From the NCBI GenBank assembly GCA_951406725.2, contig OX597824.1, positions 53,320,001 through 53,384,000 of the forward strand: a stretch of 64,000 nucleotides of DNA. Reading direction: 5' to 3'. This DNA is from Octopus vulgaris. Taxonomy: Eukaryota. Below the pieces are notes generated by a model. The model saw only the letters and a program-made list of their open reading frames with translations. It had not been told where the DNA came from and searched no databases. Every line of letters begins with the position of its first letter. Within the stretch, counting starts at the first letter, position 1. This document shows, in pieces, positions 53,334 to 64,000 of the stretch. A program made the translations under genes and the position numbers.

Positions 53334-53566
53334 ATTAAAATGCAGCAAAAATATCACAAAAACTGTTACTCAGAGCTCTACGTTCCCGTTCGTCGGACGG
53401 TTTTGTTGATATATATATATATATATAAATGTAAGATACATGGATCGAGGTGTAGGAAGAAAGTTAGTTTCGAGCAATCTGTAGTGAATATAAACAAAAC
53501 TGTCCGACGAAGGGGAACGTGGAACTCTGAGTAACACTTTTTGTGATGTTTTTGCTGCTTTTTAAT
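53334..53566. repeat. Inverted pair of pLTR-like arms, each with a decayed hammerhead
   Basis: 53334-53408 is the reverse complement of 53493-53566; consensus aaaactgt-CCGACGA-acg ggaa cgt-[GAAA]-ctc t gag-TA-acagtttt. Confidence 0.65.
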
Positions 53567-53588
53567 AGTAATATATATATACCTACAT

Positions 53589-53712
<124 letters not shown>

Positions 53713-54198
53713 AATACATATACATATGTATATGTGTGTGTGCGTGTTTGTGTACATATATATGTGCATATATAAAGGGAGTAAGATAACTACATACACA
53801 CACACATACACGCACACACACACAGATAGACACACACACATATATATATATAAATATAAAGAATGAAGGTGCTGGCATTACATTATTACATGGTTTACAA
53901 TCGTTTCAATAACGTGTGCGCGGAGAACAGTGATATAACCGTTTAGCTGCATCCTTATATAATACATATTATATAACAATCTCCACTGTTGCATAGCCAT
54001 AACTGGGCGAACGAATATAATACAATTTCAAATTGGTTATTTCATTTTTAAAGGTAAGACATCACAAGGTAGTAAGAGTTTCTCTAGATTCCAGAATTAG
54101 TATCTCATGCTAGAATTTCAGCAAGAGAGTGTGTGAACAGATCAGTTGTATTTTTTATATACTAACCAGATATGCTCCATTCATCAATTAATTCTAAT

Positions 54199-54239
<41 letters not shown>

Positions 54240-54444
54240 ATGTAAGATCCAGGGATCGAGATGTAGGAAGAAAGTTAGGTTCGAGCAATCCGTAGTGAAT
54301 ATAAAAAACAACTTTCATGAACAATAATGATTCATTGAGACGGAAGGTTGCGGATTATTTTTCTTTAACAAAGAACGATGAGCAGGAAAAAAAGTTATTA
54401 TATTTCACGGTAGGCGACCAGGGTTGCCGAGTGTGCGAAAAAGA

Positions 54445-54849
54445 ATACAAGAGTTACGGAATGGAGTAGGAAAAATCCAAACCACATATGTTTCATAGCG
54501 AGTGGAACCTCAGAAGTGGTAAAATCCAAGCGAGATATATACCGCCTGCTATTCTTCAAGTCTTGATTAGATTGAAGGCTACATTATCGCAAGGAGGTAC
54601 ATGTAATTTCAAAGAAGCACATGTTATATCCAATACATACTGTGCCTTCCACACATTTTGATTGAATCCTCTTTACGTCAACATGTACCTTCTTGCGAAA
54701 ATGTAGATTTTAATCTAATCAAGATATCTTTCGCCTGAAGAGTAGCCGGCGGCATATACATCGCTTGGATTTTACCACTTCTGAGGTTCCACTCGCTATG
54801 AAACATATGTATCCTGGATTTTTCCTACTCCTTTCCCTAATTCTTGTAT
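54445..54849. repeat. Inverted pair of ~160-bp arms with hammerhead-like cores
   Basis: 54445-54602 vs 54681-54849; CTGAAGA-gtagc..gctat-GAAAC-atat-GTA at 54735-54811; stem I not evident. Confidence 0.7.
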
Positions 54850-54911
54850 GTATGTGTATATATATATAGTGAGAGAGAGGGGGGAGAGAGAGACAAATAA
54901 GATGTTAATCT

Positions 54912-55312
54912 ATTTTCGAACGCAGAGACACCGTTAGAACAGCAATTATCTTTACAAATTACCTTTACAAAGCGGGAACAAATAGCGATGGGCCCTGAAT
55001 CCATATCTCTTGAAAACTCCGACCAATTTGTCAGCTAAACTACCCGCTGACAAATTAATCCGCTTTTTAGACGCTTTTAAACCTAAATGTTCATGTTCGT
55101 GCTGAAATATGTATATACATACAAATACGATGACAATTATTTTCGAACTCAGTGACGCCGTTAGAACAGCAGAAACATTTACCCTTACAAAGCGGAAAAA
55201 TTTGTCAACATGGCTGCTTGATGATAAATTCTTTCGCTTTGTAAGGGTGGTTTACCCAATGTTTCTGCTGTTTTAACGGCTTCTCTGCGTTCGGAAATAA
55301 TTATCATCTTAT
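54912..55312. repeat. ~70-bp module in three copies (two direct, one inverted)
   Basis: ttcgaac.cag.gac.ccgttagaacagca..ttacaaagcgg at ~54914 and ~55142; reverse complement at 55230-55310. Confidence 0.7.
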
Positions 55313-56414
55313 TTGTATCTATAAACACATTTCGGCGGTTATGAACATCACGTACCTGAACCGAATTGGGGACGGTGGTAGAGGTCTCGATTGTGTCAGT
55401 TTTAAATGATATTCGGCATAGAGAATAAAATACAAATTCTGCAAGTCCAAAGAATGACAAAGGAGAATTGGTCAGGCACGGGGATGGAATTGTGATTGCA
55501 CGGCGATCTGGAGAGTATCGAAGCCATCTCCGACCTGATCTACCTACCTAATGCAACTCAGTTATTTGTAGCAGTAGAGAGCAGAAGGCCAAGATGTCAC
55601 ATTTGTAGTGAAACAAACCATTTAAAGGCTTTCTGTCCCATGCAAAAAAAAAATGAAAAAAACCCCGCTACTACAGACACCTCTAAGTCAACAAAAACAA
55701 CAGCAACAACAACAACAGCATCAGTGCGACGAGCAACAGCATCCAAAACTAAAACAATAGCAGCATCAACAGAAAGTCCAACAGGAGAAATCTATTCAAC
55801 AACATCAGCACCTGTACAATACCCAAGAAAAAACTATAGCAACACCTACACCATTGCAAGCAAGAGAACCCTTACCCTCATCAGTCAACCAGGCCACCAG
55901 CTTAGAAATGCGTAATTGTGCAGACATACCCCTCCCACTGTCACAGACTTTTCCGACTGTGAAAACCCGTCTAACGAGGAAAACAATCTTGGAAACCCAC
56001 CAGAATGGATCCTGGTGAAAGAAAAAGAGGGGAAAATTACAAACTAAAAAGTGTGGTACAAGACTAAAAACAAAGAGATTGGGGGAGGAGACACAGAAAC
56101 TAACAAACTATCACACACCCACACACCCTACATTAACATAATTATAAACGTCTCCAATGCTACAAATACCACCAACATTACAAACATTTCAACAAACGAA
56201 AACAGATAGCAATCGAGGCCAATACGAACGGCACTCTCAATGTGCCGTATTACTAATTGTAATAGACACAAACAAGAACATGAGAAAACATTCAGAAATA
56301 TACAGGCATTACTCTAAATGCATCCATCGCACCCCCGCACGACACCCCTATTCACATAAAACTTATAAAAACAACTAAACAAACTTATAACAAACTGAAA
56401 GCAAAATACATTAT

Positions 56415-57250
56415 TTACATTTATGGACATTTGCCCTCATCTTGTTTGTTGTTAACACAACGTTTCGACTGATATACTCTCCAGCCTTCATCAGGTGTCT
56501 TGGGGAAATTTCGAACTTGGGTTCTCATTCCTAAGATATTTTTCGATGTTATTATTATTACTATTATTATTATTCAGGTCACTGCCTGGAATCGAACTCG
56601 GAATTAGTAGCTACTCATATCTGCACTTGGTCTGCTTAGGAGGTTATGTCCTAACATATGTGCTGCTTCTTTTAGTTTTTGTATTTTTCCAGTGGTGTTC
56701 TCTGTTTATTATTTTAACGTCCTCCCACAGAGGGAGGTGGTTACCGCTTTTCCATACATGATCAGCTATACCCGATTTACCAATACCTCTTCGTGTCACA
56801 GCTTTGCGATGAGGAAGCGATATGTTTCGCCTTTGTATAACCTATCACAGCTGCATGGGATGGAGTAGACGCAGTCTTTGGTCATATTCTTTTCTATTGG
56901 TGGTTTTACTCGAAGGAGATATTTGCGACATGTTGTATTACTTTTGAATACTGTCCTGATGTCATATGGGCCGCATATCCTTTGTATCTTTTCAGAGAGG
57001 CTTTTCACATAGGGTAGACAGACTGTGGTCAGTTTATGAGTTTCATCCGCTCTTATCTTCATAATTGGAGTGGATAGTATGTTTTGGGGGTAGTTGTTGT
57101 TTAATAGTATACGGATGTCCTGGATCCATACTTGCTGTGGGTTATTAATACGTCCAGGAATGCTAGCTGATTGTCTTTTTCCTTTTCTATTGTGAAATGT
57201 ATGGATGGCTTTATTGAGTTCACATGACCTAACAGAACTTGGACATCTTT
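56415..57250 (-). mobile_element. 5'-truncated Penelope-like element (Poseidon/Penelope-like) with pLTR
   Basis: VNSIKPSIHFTIEKEKDNQLAFLDVLI, LPYVKSLSEKI..RTVFK, VYSIPCSCDRLYKGET; downstream hammerhead. Confidence 0.85.
56454..56499 (-). ncRNA. Canonical minimal type I hammerhead ribozyme
   Basis: gacac-CTGATGA-a-ggctg gagagtatat cagtc-GAAA-C-G-TT-gtgtt; intact core, palindromic AACGTT. Confidence 0.82.
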
Positions 57251-58774
57251 AAGAGTAATACAACACTTCGCAAATATCTCCTTCGAGGAAAAACCTCCAA
57301 TAGAAGAGGCACACTGTGGAAATAAATCCACAATTCAGTCTTTGGTGGATCAAGATGGACGCACGGTACTCGAGCACGAGCAGATGTGCGCGGCATTTCA
57401 ACAGCTCTTTGCCGAACTGCTTGAGACGAATGACAATCCGGAACGCAGGATAGACTTCAGTACCTCGACGGCATCCCACGACTCTCGGCAAGGGGGTTGG
57501 GTCGTTGAGAAATGCCGATAACAGCCTCGGAAATACGGGATGCGACGATGAGTTGCATGGAGGGCAACTCACCTAGTTTAGATGGTCTTCCCTACAAGCT
57601 TTACTTTGATACACCAGATTTGTTTTGCGGCCTCTTATCTTCCCCAGTCGACAGCTTCCATAAGTTGAAGAGCGGAGACACTGATGAAAAAGAACCTGAA
57701 CAAGGGATATCAAATAGAAAGTTTGGGGCTATAACACTACAGAATGCAGATTTTAAAATTTTGGCCAAGGTGTTCGCAAAGAGGTTGGCGCTTGTCGTCG
57801 AGGAGCTGATTGGTGATGCGCAAACATGAGCCATTCCAAGTACATCAATCCATGACAACCTCCATTTCATGTGATACATCATAGACAGGGGTGGGTAAAG
57901 AATCTAGCATGGGTGGGGCCCTGATCAGTTTGGATCGACCTAAAGCCTTCGCTAGGGTTGACCACCAATACTTGGCGGCTGTTCTCATGGCTGTTGGTTT
58001 TGGTCCCGTTTTCCGCGGCTGGATAGCCTCAATGTACAGGGACATCTGCTCAGTAGTTCGGACGAACGCTTACCTATCGGAACCATTCAGCATCATGCAT
58101 TCGGTCCGTCAGGAATGTCCACTCGCGTCTCTTCTGTATATACTGGCTCTAGAGCCACTACCGTTGAAATCGGAGGCGTTGAGAGGCATCCCACGTGAAC
58201 TACGGCGTAAGAGATGCAGACGGCGTCACCGTCATAGAATACGAGGAGGTAACAGGAGCAAAAATTAACCAAAAATTAACCAAAAAATGTCAGTGGACTT
58301 GCAGCTCAACGCCTGGAGAAGTTGATCCATGCTATAGAATTACGTCGTGGGACGCTGGACGGAGAAACTGGTTAAATTGTTCTGGGTCTGGTTTGGTCCA
58401 AATTTTCAGGCGGAAGAGAACTGGGACAAGGTGACGAGCAGAGTGATCAGTTTCACCCAGAAATGGGTCGTGGTTAGGGTTATCCCGCTGAGATGGCGAA
58501 TGCTTAAATCGCCTCCGTTATATATTACCACTTGACCGTCATTCCACTAGTCAAGCACTCCTTTTGCTGTCAACACCTGCTGAATGGAAAGTTGGGCATA
58601 CTGAGGCTGCTGATGCGTAGACATGCGCCGAGGATACGACGTCTCCAGCGCTTCCTTGGCTGTAAGCATGTATGGTCCCCGTTTGTCAGACAGGATTTTC
58701 CTCAGCTCGTCTTTTTTATAGTACTGGATCTAGCGTAGACCGAGGGAGGGCGTCTGGTACCTAAAGTGTATGCA

Positions 58775-58975
58775 TCTTTTATCTTTTATTTGTTTCAGTC
58801 GTTTCACTATAGCCATGCTAGGATACCGCTTTGAAGGGTTTTAGTCGAACAAATCGACTCAAGGACTTATTTTTTACGCCTGGGACTTATTTCTATTGGT
58901 GTCTTTTGCCGAACTACTAAGTTATGGGGATGTAAACATACCAACACTGGTTGTCAATCCGTGGTAGTGGGACGA
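58775..58975 (-). mobile_element. Partial SINE (family of 25150)
   Basis: ttgtttcagtc..ttagtcgaacaaatcgac..ttttgccgaac..taagttatgggga is the reverse complement of ~25385-25545. Confidence 0.75.
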
Positions 58976-61599
58976 AGATATTTATATATTTATATTTATG
59001 GTATTGCCCGGATTGGCCTCACCAGCCACCTCCGGTCACATGGCGCCAGTTCCATCAGATGATGTCAGTTGGTCATCTTCGAACCGAAGGACGAACATTA
59101 TTATGTATGTATGAATGCATGTATGTATTCATGCATATTTCTACTTCTTCATATTGTCGAAAGTGTCACGTAGGGATCGAAATTCTGGCATTTGAGTCGA
59201 TTACTAGAATAGTTTTTGGACATCATCCTGGGTAATGGTAGGAATTAAAGATGACATTTCAAGCTAATGGAATTCCCATCGGTTTTGCAGTTCTCACGTT
59301 GCTTACAGACTTAAGCGTGGTAGTTAGTGCTCAATTACTGCCGAAATATAATCAAAGGCTCTCCAGACTTGGACTACAGAGCTTGAATTTTGGAAGATTT
59401 GGCTGCCAATTTTCGTAGTTCGTGAAACTGCGTAGAGACTTCTAGAAAATTAAATGTTTTCCACCAGCCACTCAGTTTTGTAACAGTAATAGCTCAAACT
59501 ATCAACATTCTAGCCAGAATATCAGCCAGTATTGGGTCCATTTTACCTATATTTTAAAGAAAGAGGAAATTGCGACTCTCAGGCCCTGTGAATGAAATGA
59601 AATCGTATCAACCTATATAGGTTTGAGTTCTTAACACATCAGAGGATTTTGTTGTTGTCTTTTTTTTTTCCTTTTTTTTTCACTACTCCTTGTCATATTC
59701 TCCTGAAACTTTGTAAGGCAACTAAAATTATCAAAGTACTTACAAAAGACAGATTGGACAGTGTTTTTTAATTGATTTGAGCTGTGCCTTTATTTTACGG
59801 ACAGTATCTATTAACTGGCGTTCAGCAGTGCCTTTATTTTATGGATAGTATCTATTAACTGGTGTTCGGCTATTCCTTAATCAAACGATTGACCATTCCT
59901 TGATGTGTGTATTTGGTTCACCTTTTTATAATATCGGTTGTTTCCAAAAGTGGTACGAAGATCAATTCTTTAGCATTATCAAATATTCTTTCGAGCTAAA
60001 TATGTACAGAGAGAGAGAGAGAGAGAGGTGCAGGTGACAGGATAGGATAAGTTCTATATCAAAAACAACTACAGAAACACTTGTAGCAGTGAATGGAGAC
60101 CGGACTAACTAGAAGTACTTTAATGTATCCATGCCGATCAAATTTCGATGACACGCGGTAGGAGCTGGTTTAAATCCTACAATTATACTTAGCAAAACTA
60201 GTGAGCAGTTTTGTTTCAGCTTAAGCTTATAACTATAACATTTCACTTACTGAACACCGTTAAGAAAGATTCATATGCATTACTTCTAGTTTATTTTCCT
60301 GTTGCAATTGATGATGAAATGAACACTAGTAGTACTTCACGGAAGCTAACTGCGGGAGTTCCATCAGTTTTATGCTAACTATCCCAGGCAGTGCATTTAT
60401 CTCACTCCCTTATTTGTGCACAACAGCTAGGGAGATAGCCGGTGTTTTCCTCTTGGTTATGTTGTTTTCTATTCCTCACACAACCAAAACCCACAACTCC
60501 AGATTCCTTGCACTTCCCCAAGAACTGAAGAAAAAATACCTATTTCTACTAGGTGGTGGCTTTTACACACTACTGCAGCTCCTTCAAGATGGTAGGATGT
60601 GGTTTAAGGAAGATTTAGAGGCGAGAGGAGTGAAACAGGAAATACTGAGGCATTTCTTAACGCACTCATAAAATAAATTATTGATACATCCAGAAATTTG
60701 AAGCTACTCGTAAACCTACTGTTTTTTTCCTTTATTTCATTTTATATCTCTATACTATTTTTCTGTTCATTAGTTTATAATTTTATTTTACTTATTTTGT
60801 TGGTATTTGCTTTCATCTACTCTATGAGATTTTACTTTCCAAAAAAAAAAAAGTATTGTGACTATATTTCGTCACCAGCCAATATAATGTAATTCTCATC
60901 ATTCTATGGATATGTCAGAGCAATATTTGGCAATATTTATCCGAAGAAGTTTTCGTATCAGGTCGATATTTTTTATTTCCGCCTGAATAAGTAACTCAGA
61001 CAGTTCGTGATCAATATTGTGTGACCTCAGTTCTTTTTTTATACGTGTTATTCTACATTTTTCTCCTTCAAATCGAACCGTATCAGTGATCATATTTCGT
61101 TTATCGCCTGAAAACATTTCAATTTATTCATATCATTAACACCTTTGGAAATGCAAAGACACCATCACGACCCATTTTCGTATTTTAACATCATACTGCC
61201 TTATAACTATGTACGAAATATTATTAATGTGTTCATTGTAGATATAAAAGAATCACTTTTAAATTGAAACCGTGTCTCTTCATTTACATCACAAATACCT
61301 TTGGTAAAGCTATGGGCATCAAAACGTTCATTTCTCCACTCCTCGCATTATAGTCTCTAGGTGTGTGAGGATATGAAAGTAAATGTCACACATTTACTTG
61401 TTACTGTTTTCCTGAAAACACACTTAAATGTCACTGCTTTCCTGATTCACGTTTGAATTCGTTTTCTAGTCGCTAACATCGAGAGGAAAAGGTAGAAATG
61501 TGAATGCGTAGCGTTCAGATATATGCCAGGTGTATTCATTATATAAATGAATCGAAACTCAATATAGTGAAGTTGATTCAATCGATTATAGGACACCTT

Positions 61600-62520
61600 T
61601 TAAATATCTGGTCTTATGCCAAAGTAGAAAAAATAATTTAGTAACAAAATTAATGCTGAATATAGCTGGCTTGTTTAGTGTATGCATAAACAAACAGTAG
61701 AAGTTTTATGCCATTAAGGAAGGAAAAAATTTTGACAACCCTCCATCCAATAGAAAAGAAATTTCACCAGGATATTCTGATATATAAATTAGAACGTCAT
61801 GTTACAATAAGTGATAGGTAGTTGTGTCATTTTAGAAAAAAAGGTATGGCATGTGAACGAGAGAACCTGTGGTGAATCTTTAATTGTAGGCACTTTACAA
61901 GCTGAGCTTTTTAGAAATTTTTTTAAATAAACTTATTAAGTCTGGAGGCCGTAGTTTATCGTATGCTTACAAAGTTGATGAAACTGGTTTGTTCTATGTT
62001 GTTATTCCTGAAAATATATTGGGCTAAAAACATGAACATAGAACTGGTGGCAAATTAAATAAGGAGTGAATTTTTGCCTCATTATTTGTAAATGTTTGTA
62101 TCACTAGAAGTTCATGGTTATAAGGAACTTGAAATAAATATCTCAAAGATATTATGAATCGATTAGCTGAAATATTCACTAAGTCAAAGAATGAATGATT
62201 GACTTTAGGGGACTTTTCTGACTGGTTCGTCAACCACTTCTTGATGTGAGGAGATATGGGATAGATGTTCTAACAATGTCCTCCCGTAATTGAAAGCTAT
62301 TGTTGCATCGTGACAATGTCACTGCTTTATTTAATGCTGAGATGTTAGTAGTGATGGGAAAATTTTTAAATTATCAGTTTTACATCTTCACTTATTCAAC
62401 CAATGGATCAAGGAATAAATGTTGCCTGTAAGGGGCTGTATAAGAAGAATATTTTTGAAGAAATGAAGAATGTATTGGAAAATGGAGAAGATGCAGAAAA
62501 AGGTAAAAATTGAGCCCAGT
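61600..62520 (+). mobile_element. Degenerate Tigger/pogo transposase
   Basis: YKVDETGLFY at ~61968-61998 and TSSLIQPMDQGI at ~62383-62418 are typical DDE_1 motifs. Confidence 0.75.
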
Positions 62521-62717
62521 AAACTTTAGAATCTGCAGAGCCTACAAAATTACGTCTTTACTTTTTAAAGTATTATATAAAGGGACCACATGCAAAGAAT
62601 AATTCCAAAGTACGGCTTGTCTTTGTCCTAATTAAGTGCTAAATATTAATAGGCACGAGCCGGTGAGCCGTGAGAAAAAAGTTGACAATAAATGCATGAG
62701 ATAAAGATATCTTCCAA

Positions 62718-62758
<41 letters not shown>

Positions 62759-63194
62759 ACCTGAGAAAACCAACGTCTCCCGGAAGTATAGTATTGAGAA
62801 GACAGTAAGAGGAAATATGGTTATTTAGCCATTGTAGTTATTAAGTGATCAGGTAAGGAATACAAGCAAGACCAAGAAATGTATCTCAGGCGGGTTGTGC
62901 TTAGGTGAAGAGTCAAAGAATGGGTGGAATTAAATAATATTGAATTCCTTGCACCTATTGTGAATGAATTAATATAATATGGTGGAAGAACATATGTATG
63001 AGTGAGAATAATCCGAAAATATGTACGTGTATACTAATTTATACATACATGATCTTAGTAGTGACGATAAAATTATTTTTATATAAAAGAATATTACTTG
63101 ATGTTAATTACAATGTAACCTATATGTTGTCCAACGATAACGGATAACCCTATTATATGTAGCTTTTAAGTATGTTGATATTATCAAATGCCCC

Positions 63195-63335
63195 AAGGCG
63201 GCGACCTGACACACCGGGCAAAGTGCTTAGCAGTATTTCGTACGTCTTTAAGTTCCAAGTTGAAATTTCGCTGAGGTCGATTTTACCTCGAAAACATCCT
63301 TTCGGAGTCGATAGAATAAGTACAAGTTGATATTG
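63195..63335 (+). mobile_element. tRNA-derived SINE fragment
   Basis: aaggcggcgacctg head; catcctttcggagtcgatagaataagtac core shared with 43200-43412. Confidence 0.65.
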
Positions 63336-63630
63336 TCAACTGCCCCACATTGTTTTTTTTTTCTAATTTACCGTATCTTATTTCATCAATTCATGCTTTA
63401 CCGATACTTCTCAAGTTCCTAACTCCAAATAACGCTTGTTTTCTCTATTTCGCTATCTTTTTTACATACCCACAAAATATGCTTTTTCATCATGTCATGC
63501 CTTTGGATTACACAGACAGATGCATATAAATAACGCCATTCACATTGCATACAATTCTTCTCTTCCTAACAACCTATACTACTTTTTATCGAATTGTGTG
63601 AATTTCGCTTTATTCTTATTCTTAATAGTA

Positions 63631-64000
63631 CAATGGTCCAATAGTATAACAGTCGTTGATTGGTTTAAAGCCGTTAAGAATTAGAAGAAAGCGAGATTCA
63701 CGCAATTCGATATTGTCGATTTTTATGTCTCTATCTCTAAGGAACTGCTAGATAAAGCCCTCGCTTTCGCAAGCGAATTAATAGAAATCAGTACACAGGA
63801 TAAGGACATAATCTTCCATGTTAGAAAGACTTTACTCTTCAGCGAGAACGCAGAGTGACTGAAGACTACCGATACAGAGGTCTTAGCATAACTACAGACA
63901 CCAACCTGACGGTTGTCAATTTCCTAGATGTATCCTTAGATCTAAATAAGAACATTTATAAGCCTTATAGGAAGCCCAACGATAGACTTAGTTATATTAA
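63631..64000 (+). pseudogene. Naiad-like PLE reverse transcriptase fragment (runs off the window)
   Basis: QWSNSITVVDWFK, FTQFDIVDFY, RKTLLF, then an internal deletion, then VNFLDVSLDLNKNIYKPYRKPND; homologous to 26134. Confidence 0.82.

Larger units (their letters stand above)
55330..58765 (+). mobile_element. Old degenerate L1/Tx1-type LINE interrupted by a PLE
   Basis: ORF1 VAVESRRPRCHICSETNHLKAFC; ORF2 EQMCAAFQQLF, SPSLDGLPY, DFKILAKV, AFARVDHQYL, SVRQECPL, VWFGP match element A; no endonuclease domain seen. Confidence 0.85.

Noticed and set aside
59757-59865. ~42-bp repeat as a CRISPR-like array
   Set aside because: Only two adjacent copies with no unique spacers; a simple tandem duplication in eukaryotic DNA
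60372-61117. Short ORFs as host exons
   Set aside because: No recognisable domains or consistent splice structure

Overview
AT-rich, microsatellite-saturated eukaryotic DNA with no recognisable host exon. The SINE families and TA/GT/CA density suggest an octopus-like cephalopod (inference, not verified). The window is a nest of transposable elements. (1) A near full-length L1/Tx1-type LINE and a divergent ORF1-only partner lie in tandem. They are delimited by three copies of one ~12-bp site and sit inside a non-autonomous Helitron. (2) A 5'-truncated R4/Dong-type RLE LINE sits in an (ATT)n microsatellite. (3) Penelope-like elements (PLEs) resembling the Neptune, Naiad and Poseidon groups are present. 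(4) DNA transposon relics include DD37D maT, mariner, Tigger/pogo and hAT, alongside tRNA-derived SINEs and foldback elements. (5) More than ten type I hammerhead-ribozyme-like motifs from several families occur, mostly next to (TA)n tracts, and two show compensatory stem I changes. Most short ORFs in the track are microsatellite artefacts. Family assignments come from motif recognition by eye, not database searches, and many boundaries are approximate.
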